From an uncultured Bifidobacterium sp. (GTDB lineage: Bacteria; Actinomycetota; Actinomycetes; S36-B12; UBA5976): a stretch of DNA of 64,000 nucleotides. Under the pieces are notes generated by a model. The model had not been told where the DNA came from and did no database searches. It worked only from the letters and a program-made list of their open reading frames with translations. The stretch spans positions 9,198 to 73,197 of the forward strand of contig CAZZKM010000003.1 in assembly GCA_964655115.1 (NCBI GenBank), given 5' to 3'. The first letter of the stretch is position 1, and each line of letters begins with the position of its first letter. A program made the translations under genes and the position numbers. Positions 46,508 through 57,229 of the stretch are shown one piece after another.

Positions 46508-47110
46508 ATGCAAATTCAACAACTTTCAAATTTAGTTCAGTTTGTTAAATCTTCTGAAATTTATTGTGGCTCAAATAAACTAATTTGTATAGATGGACCT
46601 GCAGGTTCTGGAAAAACAACTTTAGCCAAAAACATTCAAAAACTATTGAATGATTCTTACGTTATCCATATGGATGAAATTTATGAAGGCTGGCAAAATT
46701 CATTGAATAAAAATTTGATATCAAATATCAATAATTGGATTATTTTGCCAATGAAAAAAGATGATCCTATTATTTATAAAAAATTTGACTGGCATCTTAA
46801 TTTGAGAAATGAATCAGTTGTCATTAATAACTATAAATTTATAATTTTAGAGGGAGTTGGAGCAGCAAGTTTAGGGATTAGAGATAAATCTGCATTAAAT
46901 ATCTGGATTGAGGGGCGTAAAGAGATTCTATTAAAGCGAGTTTTAGATAGAGATGGAAATCAAATTGAAGAAGAAATGCAGTTTTGGCAAATTAAGGAAC
47001 AGGAATATTTTTCAAAGCACGACACAAAAAAACATTGTGATATTTGGATAGATGGCAATTTTGAGCAAGAGATAGATACCGCATCACAATTCGTTTTGCT
47101 CAATCGGTAA
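46508..47110 (+). CDS. P-loop nucleoside/vitamin kinase of the uridine kinase / nicotinamide riboside kinase (NRK) type
   Basis: 200 aa. Its start lies 1 nt after the Pnu stop. Walker [26 protein letters not shown], and the Walker-B-like FIILEGVG. By eye, the block order resembles human NRK1 ([29 protein letters not shown]). Confidence 0.65.
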   Translation: MQIQQLSNLVQFVKSSEIYCGSNKLICIDGPAGSGKTTLAKNIQKLLNDSYVIHMDEIYEGWQNSLNKNLISNINNWIILPMKKDDPIIYKKFDWHLNLRNESVVINNYKFIILEGVGAASLGIRDKSALNIWIEGRKEILLKRVLDRDGNQIEEEMQFWQIKEQEYFSKHDTKKHCDIWIDGNFEQEIDTASQFVLLNR

Positions 47111-47120
47111 ATTTTACCTT

Positions 47121-49607
47121 GTGAATTCTCAACCAGATAATAATGAGCAAAATGTTGCATTAGATTTCGATGCAATTCAAGCTAAATGGCTTCCAATCTG
47201 GGAAAAAGAACAACCATTTAATTCATCTGACGATCCAAACGATAATCGACAAAGAATTTATGTTTTAGATATGTTTTCTTACCCATCAGGTGATTTACAC
47301 ATGGGACACGCAGAAGCTTTTGCAATTGGTGATGTAGTTGCAAGATATTACTTTCAAAAAGGTTTCAACGTATTTCATCCTGTAGGTTGGGATTCATTTG
47401 GATTACCGGCAGAAAATGCTGCAATAAAAAGAGGTGAAAATCCAGCCAAGTGGACATATAACAATATTGAAACTCAAGCTGAATCATTTAAACGTTATGC
47501 AATTTCTTTTGATTGGAATCACAGATTACACACTTCAGATCCTGAATATTACAAATGGACTCAATGGTTGTTCATTCAATTTTTCAAAAAAGGTTTAGCT
47601 TACAGAAAAGCGTCTAATGTTAATTGGTGTCCCTCTTGTCAAACAGTTTTAGCGAATGAACAAGTTGTAGCAGGAGAATGCGAAAGATGTAGCTCAGTAG
47701 TAACTAAAAGAGAACTAACTCAGTGGTATTTCAAAATTACCGAATATGCTCAAAGACTTTTAGACGATATGTCTCAAATAGAAAATACTTGGCCAGAACG
47801 AGTATTAACAATGCAAAAAAATTGGATAGGAAAATCTGAAGGTGCTTATGTAGATTTTGACATAGATGGACTAAATAAAAACGTTACGGTTTATACCACA
47901 AGGCCAGATACTTTGTTTGGCGCTACATTTTTTGTAGTAGCAGCTGATTCAAAACTTGCCCAAGAGCTCGTTGCAGAAGATAAAAAAACAGAATTAAATA
48001 AATATATTGAAGAAGTAAAAAAAGCAACTGATATTGAAAGACTTTCAACGGATAGGCCAAAAACAGGTGTATTTCTTGGACGTTATGCAGTAAATCCAGT
48101 TAATAATGAAAAACTTCCAATTTGGGCATCGGACTATGTTTTGGCAGATTATGGAACTGGTGCATTAATGGCTGTTCCAGCACACGATCAGCGTGACTTA
48201 GATTTTGCAAAAACATTTAAATTACCAATCAGGGTTGTGGTTGAGACTGGTGAAGAAGATCCAGCTACTACTTTTATAGCTACTGCAGGTGATGGGAAAT
48301 TAGTAAATTCAGATTTTTTAAATGGATTAGATAAACAAAAAGCCATTAAATCAATGATTGATTATTTAGAAAAAAATAAGTGTGGAAAGGGTGCAACAAA
48401 CTTTAGATTAAGAGATTGGTTAATTTCTAGACAAAGATATTGGGGAGCACCCATTCCAATAATTCACTGTCCAAAATGTGGTGAAGTGGCAGTCTCAGAT
48501 GAACAATTACCTGTGAAATTACCTGAACTTGCTGGAGAACAATTAGCACCAAAAGGAACTTCACCATTAGCAGCTGCAACTGATTGGGTTAATACAAAGT
48601 GTCCCAAGTGTAATTCCGATGCAAAAAGAGATACAGACACAATGGATACTTTTGTGGACTCTTCTTGGTATTACTTGAGGTATCCATCGGCACACGATAT
48701 CGAAAAAGCAATAGATCCAAAATTATTAAAACGCTGGTTACCGGTGGCCCAATATGTTGGTGGAGTTGAACATGCAATTTTACATCTTCTTTACAGCAGA
48801 TTTTTTACAAAAGTTTTATTCGATTTAGGTTATGTGGAATTTAATGAACCTTTTAAAGCACTATTAAATCAAGGTCAAGTAATTTTAAATGGTTCTGCCA
48901 TGTCTAAATCAAAAGGGAACATGGTTGATTTAGGTGAACAAATCTCTGAATTCGGAGTTGATGCCGTTCGATTAACTATGGTATTTGCTGGACCTCCAGA
49001 AGACGATATTGATTGGGCAGAAGTTTCCCCAGGAGGCTCTAAGAAATTTTTATCTAGAGCGTGGAGATTATCTAAGGATGTTAAATCTGAAAAAGAAGTT
49101 AATTTTAGTGATGGCAATTTGGAATTAAGACAAAATGTGCACAGAACTATTGATGAAGTGACCACATTAATTGAATCATTTAGATTCAATGTTGCAATTG
49201 CAAGAACTATGGAATTAGTGAACGTAACTCGAAAAGCAATTGACACAGGATGTGGTGCAAGTGATCCTGCAGTTAGAGAAGCAGTTGAAACTATTGCAAT
49301 AATTCTTTCTCTATTTGCCCCTTACACTGCGGAAGAAATGTGGCAAACTTTAGGACACAAAGAATTGATTATTAAAGCAGGCTGGCCACCAGCAGATCCT
49401 AAGTTGTTAGTTAGACAATCCGTAGTTTGCGTGGTGCAAGTTTCAGGAAAACTAAGAGCACGTCTTGATGTATCACCTGATATCTCAAGTGATGAATTAG
49501 AGAAACTAGCTTTGAATGAACCAAATGTAGTTAAAAATCTTGATGGTAGAAAGATTAAAACAGTTATTGTTAGGGCACCAAAGCTTGTAAATATAGTGCC
49601 TGAGTAA
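47121..49607 (+). CDS. leuS: Leucine--tRNA ligase
   Basis: 828 aa, GTG start. HIGH-type [13 protein letters not shown], a CxxC zinc motif (WCPSCQTVL...CERC), and the KMSKS-type AMSKSKGN. Confidence 0.93.
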   Translation: MNSQPDNNEQNVALDFDAIQAKWLPIWEKEQPFNSSDDPNDNRQRIYVLDMFSYPSGDLHMGHAEAFAIGDVVARYYFQKGFNVFHPVGWDSFGLPAENAAIKRGENPAKWTYNNIETQAESFKRYAISFDWNHRLHTSDPEYYKWTQWLFIQFFKKGLAYRKASNVNWCPSCQTVLANEQVVAGECERCSSVVTKRELTQWYFKITEYAQRLLDDMSQIENTWPERVLTMQKNWIGKSEGAYVDFDIDGLNKNVTVYTTRPDTLFGATFFVVAADSKLAQELVAEDKKTELNKYIEEVKKATDIERLSTDRPKTGVFLGRYAVNPVNNEKLPIWASDYVLADYGTGALMAVPAHDQRDLDFAKTFKLPIRVVVETGEEDPATTFIATAGDGKLVNSDFLNGLDKQKAIKSMIDYLEKNKCGKGATNFRLRDWLISRQRYWGAPIPIIHCPKCGEVAVSDEQLPVKLPELAGEQLAPKGTSPLAAATDWVNTKCPKCNSDAKRDTDTMDTFVDSSWYYLRYPSAHDIEKAIDPKLLKRWLPVAQYVGGVEHAILHLLYSRFFTKVLFDLGYVEFNEPFKALLNQGQVILNGSAMSKSKGNMVDLGEQISEFGVDAVRLTMVFAGPPEDDIDWAEVSPGGSKKFLSRAWRLSKDVKSEKEVNFSDGNLELRQNVHRTIDEVTTLIESFRFNVAIARTMELVNVTRKAIDTGCGASDPAVREAVETIAIILSLFAPYTAEEMWQTLGHKELIIKAGWPPADPKLLVRQSVVCVVQVSGKLRARLDVSPDISSDELEKLALNEPNVVKNLDGRKIKTVIVRAPKLVNIVPE

Positions 49608-49681
49608 TCAACAAGATTAACTTATCCACAAATTTTTACTTTTTAGATTCAACATCAACTCAAATGAGTGATTATCATTGA

Positions 49682-50374
49682 GTGCAAAATTTAGACAACA
49701 AAATCTCAATAGATAAAATAATTAAAGAAATTATTGATTTTAAATATACAAAAAGCAAAAAGAAAAAAGTAAAGAAAAAGAATCATTACTGGCGCTTTGA
49801 TTTTTCAAAGATAAATATAGTTAAATTAATTACTGTAACTATTGTCTCAATTTTTCTAACAATACTTTATTTCCAATCAAATAAATCGAACACTGCAATT
49901 AATGAGACTATAGAGTCCATAAATAATCCAATTGATTCTACTATTGTTGAAGCAAGAAAAATAAAAATATATGTTTCGGGTGAAGTTAACAAAAGTGGAG
50001 TATATGAACTTCCAAATGACGCACGTTTAATTGATGCTTTAAATATTTCTGGAGGATTAACACAAAATGGAATAATTGGTGACAATAATCTTGCAAGAGT
50101 ACTGCAAGATGGAGAACAAGTTCATTTTGAGAACAAAAATAACCCTGTAAAAAATACTGGGATAAAGAATTCAAAACAATCAAATTGTATAAATTTAAAT
50201 GATTCCGATTTGAAGGAATTAGACGCACTTCCAGGAGTAGGACAAGTACTTGCACAAAGAATTTTAGAATATCGGGAAAATGTTGGAAGATTTGCTCAAG
50301 TTTCTCAATTATCTAATGTTGAAGGTATCGGTAAATCCAAATTAAAAACCATAAGTGAAAAAGCTTGCGTCTAG
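49682..50374 (+). CDS. comEA: Competence protein ComEA (membrane-anchored helix-hairpin-helix DNA receptor)
   Basis: 230 aa, GTG start. N-terminal TM, a SLBB-like segment (IYVSGEVNKSGVYELP), and a C-terminal HhH (LDALPGVGQVLAQRILEYRE...GIGKSKL). Confidence 0.82.
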   Translation: MQNLDNKISIDKIIKEIIDFKYTKSKKKKVKKKNHYWRFDFSKINIVKLITVTIVSIFLTILYFQSNKSNTAINETIESINNPIDSTIVEARKIKIYVSGEVNKSGVYELPNDARLIDALNISGGLTQNGIIGDNNLARVLQDGEQVHFENKNNPVKNTGIKNSKQSNCINLNDSDLKELDALPGVGQVLAQRILEYRENVGRFAQVSQLSNVEGIGKSKLKTISEKACV

Positions 50375-52647
50375 ACATCGATGTAAGATTTCTTCCATTT
50401 GCAACTTTAATTTGGCTAGTCATACTTGGTAATCAGTATTTATCTTTTACTTCTGTTTTGGCAATTACTGTAATACTTATTACAATTTTTTACTTAAGAT
50501 TTAGCAATATTTTGTTGACTACATCTTTAATTCTTGTTGCAGTATTGTCAATGACTATAAGTTATTTTCATTTAGAAGATTTCAATTTACAAAAGCTTAA
50601 TTTAAATAAAGAATTTGAATTGACAGGTGAAATTCGTTCAGATTTAATACCTACTTATGCGCCAAAATTTGGAACTTTAGAAATGTTTTCTAAATATTAC
50701 TTTAAATTTAAGATCGATAATCTAAAACAAGAAAATATTAGTGTTGAAAATATTTCACACTTAATAAAAGTTAATGTATCAAATTCAGAAGACTTAGAAT
50801 TCGGAGCCAAAATAAAATTGCATGGACATTTAAACTCTTCAAATTTTTTAAATTTTCGATATGAAATTACCCCAGAAAAGATAATTTATTTACATAAACC
50901 TAATTTCATAAATAGGGTAATTAATGAGATAAGAAATAAATTTATTTTAAACGCTCGAAAAATAAATTCTGAAGGCGCAGAGTTATTACCAGGTTTAATA
51001 TTAGGAGACACTCGTTTTCAATCAAAAACTTTGAAAGAAGATATGAAGTTAAGTGGGTTAACTCACCTAACTGCGGTAAGTGGTGGAAATATTGCAATTT
51101 TAATTGTTGCACTGAGCTTTCTATTTCAAAAGACACAAATTAATTTTAAATTACAAATAACATTAATTTTTATGTTCTTAATATTTTTTGCTTTTTTGGT
51201 AAGAACTGAACCCAGTGTAATTCGAGCATCGTTCATGGCGTCGATTGTTTTAATTTCATTGCTTTATGGGGTTTTAAAACAGGGAATTAATGCTTTGCTC
51301 ATCACAATTTGTGTTGCATTACTTATGGATCCAAATTTGGCGACTAGTTGGGGATTTATTCTTTCGGTTTTTGCTACTTTTGGACTCTTATTGTTAACTG
51401 AGCCAATTCTTGAATATTTAACTAAGATAATTCCTTGGATAAATAAAAACTTGTTAATCGTTATTGCAGTTGCTTTGGCTGCACAATTTTCAACCATGGG
51501 GCTTGTAGCAGGCTTTACTGGAATGATTTCTATTTGGTCAGTATTTGCAAACACTTTAGTATCACCGGTTGTGCCTATAGTGACAATTTTAGGTTATCTA
51601 GGACTAATTGCCTCGAATATAAATTCTTCTTTTGCACTCTTCTTTAATTTACCCGCTTCTATATTTGGTAATTGGATAGTAATTATTTCTCATTTCTTTG
51701 CAGATCGAGAGTGGAGTATAATTAAAATTCCAAATGGTATTGCAGGTTTTTTAATTGCAAATTTAATTTTGTTTTTCATAATTTACTTATTTAAAAATTT
51801 TCAAATAGCATTAGTTGTTACAACGGTTATTTTATCGTTATTTTTTATATTTATGAGTCGTTTAATATTTTTTAATCAGTCTTGGCCTTTAAAAAATTGG
51901 CAATTTGTTATGTGTGACGTTGGTCAAGGTGATGGCTTAGTCATGCAGGACTTAAGTGGAAAAACAATCGTGGTAGACGTTGGTCCTGAGGGTAAATTAA
52001 TGACTAAATGTTTAAAAAAGTTAGGAATCAAGAAAATAGATGTTTTATTGCTTTCTCATTTTCATCTAGATCATGTTGCCGGTTTAAAAGAAGTTATGAG
52101 AAATTATGAAATAAAGGCCGTTTTTACTACTTGGATTAAGGAGCCACATGAAGAATCTAAAAGAGTTGAACAATTATTTAGTCCAAGAGAAGTTAAATTC
52201 TTGTTAAGTGGACAACGACTCCAAATAGGAGAAATTAAGTTAACTTGTTTTTGGCCAACAAATAAAAAAATAGAAATTGAATCAGTGGCAAATAATTCAA
52301 GTCTAGTAGTTTTGGCAGAAATTGATAATGCTTCAATTCTTTTAACTGGAGATATAGAGCCAGTAGCGCAAGAAGCTATAAGAAATATGTGGCAAAAATT
52401 GCAAGTAGATGTGATAAAAATTCCTCATCATGGATCAAAATTTCAGGATGCTTTGTTTCCTCAGTGGTCAGGTGCCAGACTGGCTTTAATCAGTGTGGGT
52501 GCTGAAAACACCTACGGCCATCCGTCTAAAGAAGCAATTGAGTTGTATGAAAAATCAAAAATAAAAGTTCTATCTTCAAGTACCAATGGTTCAATTTCTA
52601 TTTTTGTAAATAAGTATGACCAAATTGAATATTCTTCAACAGGATAG
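50365..52647 (+). CDS. comEC: DNA internalization channel ComEC/Rec2 with a C-terminal metallo-beta-lactamase domain
   Basis: 760 aa polytopic protein. Competence-domain motif LSGLTHLTAVSGGNIA, and the MBL motifs CDVGQGDG and SHFHLDHVAG. Overlaps comEA by 10 nt. Confidence 0.85.
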   Translation: MRLDIDVRFLPFATLIWLVILGNQYLSFTSVLAITVILITIFYLRFSNILLTTSLILVAVLSMTISYFHLEDFNLQKLNLNKEFELTGEIRSDLIPTYAPKFGTLEMFSKYYFKFKIDNLKQENISVENISHLIKVNVSNSEDLEFGAKIKLHGHLNSSNFLNFRYEITPEKIIYLHKPNFINRVINEIRNKFILNARKINSEGAELLPGLILGDTRFQSKTLKEDMKLSGLTHLTAVSGGNIAILIVALSFLFQKTQINFKLQITLIFMFLIFFAFLVRTEPSVIRASFMASIVLISLLYGVLKQGINALLITICVALLMDPNLATSWGFILSVFATFGLLLLTEPILEYLTKIIPWINKNLLIVIAVALAAQFSTMGLVAGFTGMISIWSVFANTLVSPVVPIVTILGYLGLIASNINSSFALFFNLPASIFGNWIVIISHFFADREWSIIKIPNGIAGFLIANLILFFIIYLFKNFQIALVVTTVILSLFFIFMSRLIFFNQSWPLKNWQFVMCDVGQGDGLVMQDLSGKTIVVDVGPEGKLMTKCLKKLGIKKIDVLLLSHFHLDHVAGLKEVMRNYEIKAVFTTWIKEPHEESKRVEQLFSPREVKFLLSGQRLQIGEIKLTCFWPTNKKIEIESVANNSSLVVLAEIDNASILLTGDIEPVAQEAIRNMWQKLQVDVIKIPHHGSKFQDALFPQWSGARLALISVGAENTYGHPSKEAIELYEKSKIKVLSSSTNGSISIFVNKYDQIEYSSTG

Positions 52648-52659
52648 GATTAAAGGGTT

Positions 52660-53658
52660 ATGGCAAATGTTGATTCGATTTATTTAATAACAGGTAACAC
52701 CGATTTACTTATCGACAGAGAAATTAATGAACTTTTCAATAATTTAAAATCTAAAAATAAATCAATTGAAAAACAAATTATATATGCTCAAGAGGAAAAT
52801 TGTTTTAATCAATTATTAGAATATACCTCCCCAAATTTATTTGGAAATACATCTTTAGTAGTAATAGATGAAATAAATGTGGCTGAAGACAAATTAGATA
52901 CTAAACTAGTAGATTTCTTAAAAAATATTGCCAGTGAAAGCATTGAAGATAACTATTTAGTAGTCGTTCATCGGGGAGGTGCTGGCGGAACAGGAATTGT
53001 CAAAGCTTTACAAAAGTTGAAAGTGAAAGAAATCAAGTGTCCAAGTATTAAGTTTCCTTCTGAGTTTATTGATTTCATGAAGCACGAATTTAAAAGAAAC
53101 AAACGTGAAATTGAGGACGATGCCCTTTTGGCTTTGCGAGATGCAGTTGGAGAAAATTTAGATGAATTAGTTGGGGCAATTTCACAACTGTGTTTTGATA
53201 TTTTAGATAAAAAAATAGAACTTGAGCACGTTCAGAAATATTATCATGGAAATGTGGCAGTTAAAGTTTTTGATATTTCAAATTCATTATGGGACGCAAA
53301 TTATGAAAGTGCTGTTAAAAATTTGAATGATTTACTTGATCAAGATGGTAATTCTGGAGTTTATATTGTTACTATAATTGCAAATTCTTTGAGAAAACTA
53401 GTCAAATTAGCTTCACTACCTAATAGTGCAAATGATTTTCAAGTTGCTCAAGAATTAGGGATTTCCCCTAAACAAGTACCTTATTTAAGAAAACAATTAA
53501 AAAATTGGAATCAAACTTCGCTAGCGAACGCCGTTATTGAACTAGCCAAAGTTGATGCTTATATGAGAGCAGGCTATGAAGGAACATACCTAGATCAAAA
53601 TCAAAAAAGATTTCTTCTTGAAACTACGGTGAGAAAAATAGCTTTATCGGCTAAATAA
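52660..53658 (+). CDS. holA: DNA polymerase III delta subunit
   Basis: 332 aa. The size, and the position after comEC and opposite rpsT, match conserved actinobacterial synteny. The sequence itself is only weakly diagnostic. Confidence 0.7.
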   Translation: MANVDSIYLITGNTDLLIDREINELFNNLKSKNKSIEKQIIYAQEENCFNQLLEYTSPNLFGNTSLVVIDEINVAEDKLDTKLVDFLKNIASESIEDNYLVVVHRGGAGGTGIVKALQKLKVKEIKCPSIKFPSEFIDFMKHEFKRNKREIEDDALLALRDAVGENLDELVGAISQLCFDILDKKIELEHVQKYYHGNVAVKVFDISNSLWDANYESAVKNLNDLLDQDGNSGVYIVTIIANSLRKLVKLASLPNSANDFQVAQELGISPKQVPYLRKQLKNWNQTSLANAVIELAKVDAYMRAGYEGTYLDQNQKRFLLETTVRKIALSAK

Positions 53659-53659
53659 T

Positions 53660-53923
53660 TTATTTTTTAGATTTTGCTAATTTTTTGTTTATTGCAGATT
53701 TTTTATTTGAGGCTTGATTCTTGTGAATGACACCTTTTGCAACTGCCTTATCGAGTTGCTTACTTGCTTCTTTGGCTAATTTTGCAGCACCGGCATCGCC
53801 TGCGGCTAGTGCTTCATTAAATTTACGAATAGTTGTTTTGATAGCTGAGCGAACTGTTTTGTTTCTATCGCGAGCAGCATTGTTTTGACCGATACGCTTA
53901 ATTTGCGATTTGATGTTTGCCAA
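53660..53923 (-). CDS. rpsT: 30S ribosomal protein S20
   Basis: 87 aa. N-terminus [11 protein letters not shown]...[11 protein letters not shown]. Confidence 0.94.
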   Translation of the reverse strand: MANIKSQIKRIGQNNAARDRNKTVRSAIKTTIRKFNEALAAGDAGAAKLAKEASKQLDKAVAKGVIHKNQASNKKSAINKKLAKSKK

Positions 53924-54065
53924 TTTAAAACTCGTTTCTTTCGCTTAATGTTGAGAGGCGCTTAATTGCTTCTCTTAAAGAACAGAGTAGCGTGTGACTT
54001 GAAAGTACTAATTAAGTACCCAAAAATTGCTTCAATAACTTAAAGGAAAGACCTAAAAATTAATC

Positions 54066-55919
54066 GTGAATCCTGATATAAATCCTGCAGGTCAAACTCC
54101 AGCAGAGCTAATTCGCAATTTTTGCATTATTGCCCATATTGATCATGGTAAATCCACTTTGGCAGATCGCATGCTGCAAATAACTGGGGTGGTTGAAGAG
54201 CGCAATATGAGAGCTCAATATTTGGATCGTATGGACATAGAACGAGAACGTGGAATCACAATTAAATCTCAAGCCGTTAGATTACCTTGGCAAGGAATCG
54301 ATAATAAAAATTATATTTTGAATTTAATTGATACACCAGGTCACGTTGATTTTACATACGAAGTAAGTAGATCTCTTGCTGCTTGCGAAGGAGCAATACT
54401 TCTTGTGGATGCAGCTCAAGGAATTGAAGCACAAACTTTAGCTAATTTGTATCTTGCAATCGAATCAGATATAAAAGTTATTCCTGTTTTAAACAAAATT
54501 GATTTACCTGCAGCTCAACCTGAAAAATATGCGGCTGAAATAGCTAACATAGTAGGTTGCAAACCAAATGATGTCTTAAAAGTTAGCGCAAAAACTGGTC
54601 AAGGCGTTAAAGAACTCTTAGATTTAGTAGTTGTTGAAGTCCCTGCTCCTGTTGGTGATGCAAATGCTCCAGCTAGAGCGATGATTTTTGATTCTGTTTA
54701 TGACACTTATCGCGGAGTTGTTACTTATGTGCGTGTGGTCGATGGGAAATTGTTACCACGAGAAAAAATCAAAATGATGTCTTCTGGTGCCACACATGAG
54801 TTGTTGGACATTGGTGTTATCTCACCAGAGCCAAAATCAACAAAAGGTTTAGGCGTTGGAGAAGTTGGATATTTAATAACTGGAGTAAAAGATGTTCGTC
54901 AATCTAGAGTGGGTGACACAATAACTGATTCAATTAAACCTGCAAGCAAAGCTTTATCTGGATTTCGTGATCCTAAACCAATGGTTTTTGCGGGATTGTT
55001 TCCCATTGATGGCAGTGATTATCCGCTATTAAGAGACGCGCTAGATAAGTTACAGTTAAATGACGCAGCATTAGTTTACGAGCCAGAATCTTCTGTTGCT
55101 TTAGGATTTGGTTATCGTTGTGGATTTCTAGGTTTGTTGCACTTAGAAATAGTTAGAGAAAGACTTTCAAGAGAATTCGATTTAAATTTAATTTCTACTG
55201 CACCAAGTGTGGGTTATCGAATCGTAATGGAAGATGGACAAGAAATTTCAATTACAAATCCAAGTGAATTTCCAAATGGAAAAGTTAATGAAATATTTGA
55301 ACCGATTGTCAAAGCGACAATTTTAACTCCAAGTGAATACATCGGACCTGTTATGGAACTTGCCCAAGATAGAAGAGGTCAGATGCATAATATGGATTAT
55401 TTATCTGAAGATCGAGTTGAATTAAGATATACACTTCCATTAGCTGAAATCGTTTTTGATTTTTTTGATCAACTTAAATCTAAAACTCGTGGGTATGCAT
55501 CATTTGATTATGAGCCATCTGGAGAACAAAGTGCTCAATTAGTAAAGGTTGATATTTTGTTGCACGGAGATCCAGTGGATGCATTTTCATCAATTGTGCA
55601 TAAAGATAAAGCCTATACTTATGGGGTTGAAATGACCTCTAGATTAAAAGAATTAATCCCAAGACAACAATTTGAAGTTCCAATTCAGGCAGCTATTGGT
55701 TCAAGAATTATTGCAAGAGAAACTATTCGAGCAATTAGAAAAGACGTTTTGGCAAAATGCTATGGCGGTGACATTACAAGAAAAAGAAAACTACTTGAAA
55801 AGCAAAAAGAAGGTAAGAAAAGAATGAAAATGGTGGGTAAAGTTGAAGTTCCACAAGAGGCATTTGTCGCAGCACTTCAAACATCTTCTGAAAATGGCAC
55901 AAAAGAAAAAAATAAATAA
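54066..55919 (+). CDS. lepA: Translation elongation factor 4 (LepA)
   Basis: 617 aa, GTG start. Motifs: [34 protein letters not shown], and the C-terminal LepA block [24 protein letters not shown]. Confidence 0.95.
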   Translation: MNPDINPAGQTPAELIRNFCIIAHIDHGKSTLADRMLQITGVVEERNMRAQYLDRMDIERERGITIKSQAVRLPWQGIDNKNYILNLIDTPGHVDFTYEVSRSLAACEGAILLVDAAQGIEAQTLANLYLAIESDIKVIPVLNKIDLPAAQPEKYAAEIANIVGCKPNDVLKVSAKTGQGVKELLDLVVVEVPAPVGDANAPARAMIFDSVYDTYRGVVTYVRVVDGKLLPREKIKMMSSGATHELLDIGVISPEPKSTKGLGVGEVGYLITGVKDVRQSRVGDTITDSIKPASKALSGFRDPKPMVFAGLFPIDGSDYPLLRDALDKLQLNDAALVYEPESSVALGFGYRCGFLGLLHLEIVRERLSREFDLNLISTAPSVGYRIVMEDGQEISITNPSEFPNGKVNEIFEPIVKATILTPSEYIGPVMELAQDRRGQMHNMDYLSEDRVELRYTLPLAEIVFDFFDQLKSKTRGYASFDYEPSGEQSAQLVKVDILLHGDPVDAFSSIVHKDKAYTYGVEMTSRLKELIPRQQFEVPIQAAIGSRIIARETIRAIRKDVLAKCYGGDITRKRKLLEKQKEGKKRMKMVGKVEVPQEAFVAALQTSSENGTKEKNK

Positions 55920-55927
55920 GGAATAAA

Positions 55928-57118
55928 ATGGCGCGAGAACCAATAGGAGACATAGCGCCACTTGATGGAAATCTTGAAATTGATTTTACTAACTTAACCA
56001 AAAAGCCATTCTCAATTTATCTTCATGTTCCTTTTTGCAAGAAACGGTGTGGATACTGTGATTTTAATACCTATACACCGAATGAATTAGATACTAAAGA
56101 TCAAATTGAAAACTGGGCTAAGGCAATAGTTAAAGAAATAGAGTTATCAAAAAGTATTCTTAAAAAAGAATTAGAAATTGACACTATTTTTTTTGGAGGA
56201 GGAACACCTTCACTACTTTCAGGAAAAGAAATTTCCTATTTGTTTGATAGTTTAAAAAATAATTTCGATTTTTCAAAAAATATAGAAATTACGTTAGAGG
56301 CAAACCCAGATGATATCAATGATGAAATAATAGAAAACTGGATCAAGAATCAAATAAATAGAATTTCAATAGGAATGCAGAGTTCCTCTAAAAAAGTATT
56401 GCAGATTTTAGACCGAACGCACGATACTTCAAATATTGAAAAATCTGCCAAATTGCTAAAAAAACATGGATTAAATAATTTTAGTTTTGATTTAATTTAC
56501 GGTACACCAGGTGAAAGTCTTAAAGATTGGCAAGAAAGTTTAGAATTTGCAATTAGTTTAAACCCGGTTCATTTATCCGCATATTCACTAGTTATTGAAC
56601 CTGGAACAAAAATGGGTAATGATCTAAATACAAATAAAATACAAAATGTTAATGACGATTTAGCTGCAGATAAATACTTATTGGCGGATGAAATTTTAGA
56701 AAAATCTGGATTTAAATGGTATGAAATCTCAAATTGGAGTCGGAACAACTTAAATTCTAGACATAATTTGAATTATTGGAAAAATAATAATTGGTGGGGT
56801 TTTGGCCCAGGGGCTCACTCGCATGTAGAAGGTTATAGATGGTGGAATTTAAAGTTACCAAAACAATGGCGAGAAAGATTAGAAAAAAATGAGTCACCTG
56901 CAAAAGCTAGAGAAATTTTAACTCCAGAGCAAAAAATAAGTGAAGAAATAATGCTTTCTTTGCGATTAAATACAGGTTTGGAAACCAGAAAATTTAAATC
57001 AGAATTAATGGATGACTTAAAAAATAAAGATTTAATTTTCTTATCTGGAAGTAATTTTGTTTTAACAAAACGAGGAAGATTGCTTGCCGACCAGGTTTTT
57101 ATGCAATTAAATAATTGA
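55928..57118 (+). CDS. hemW: Radical SAM heme chaperone HemW (HemN-like, oxygen-independent coproporphyrinogen oxidase family)
   Basis: 396 aa. Motifs: CKKRCGYCDF (CxxxCxxC) and FFGGGTPS. Sits between lepA and hrcA, as usual. Confidence 0.85.
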   Translation: MAREPIGDIAPLDGNLEIDFTNLTKKPFSIYLHVPFCKKRCGYCDFNTYTPNELDTKDQIENWAKAIVKEIELSKSILKKELEIDTIFFGGGTPSLLSGKEISYLFDSLKNNFDFSKNIEITLEANPDDINDEIIENWIKNQINRISIGMQSSSKKVLQILDRTHDTSNIEKSAKLLKKHGLNNFSFDLIYGTPGESLKDWQESLEFAISLNPVHLSAYSLVIEPGTKMGNDLNTNKIQNVNDDLAADKYLLADEILEKSGFKWYEISNWSRNNLNSRHNLNYWKNNNWWGFGPGAHSHVEGYRWWNLKLPKQWRERLEKNESPAKAREILTPEQKISEEIMLSLRLNTGLETRKFKSELMDDLKNKDLIFLSGSNFVLTKRGRLLADQVFMQLNN

Positions 57119-57180
57119 ATTTCAAGTTCTCCACATACTCACCAAGGTAAAAGTGGCAGGAGAAATATAAATAAAGTAAT

Positions 57181-57207
57181 CTAGCACTTGATAGGTTTAA
57201 GTGCTAA
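57181..57207 (+). promoter_or_regulatory. CIRCE operator (HrcA binding site), variant arms
   Basis: CTAGCACTT-GATAGGTTT-AAGTGCTAA, compared with the consensus TTAGCACTC-N9-GAGTGCTAA. The 9-nt spacer is retained. It lies 23 nt upstream of the hrcA start. Confidence 0.85.
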
Positions 57208-57229
57208 TTAATGACGAGACGGTGATCCT

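Noticed and set aside
53924-54065. CGCTTAAT direct repeat and an imperfect GAGAGGC/GCTTCTC dyad upstream of rpsT, as a possible S20 autoregulatory leader
   Set aside because: The pairing is short and mismatched. I cannot support a conserved structure without comparative data.
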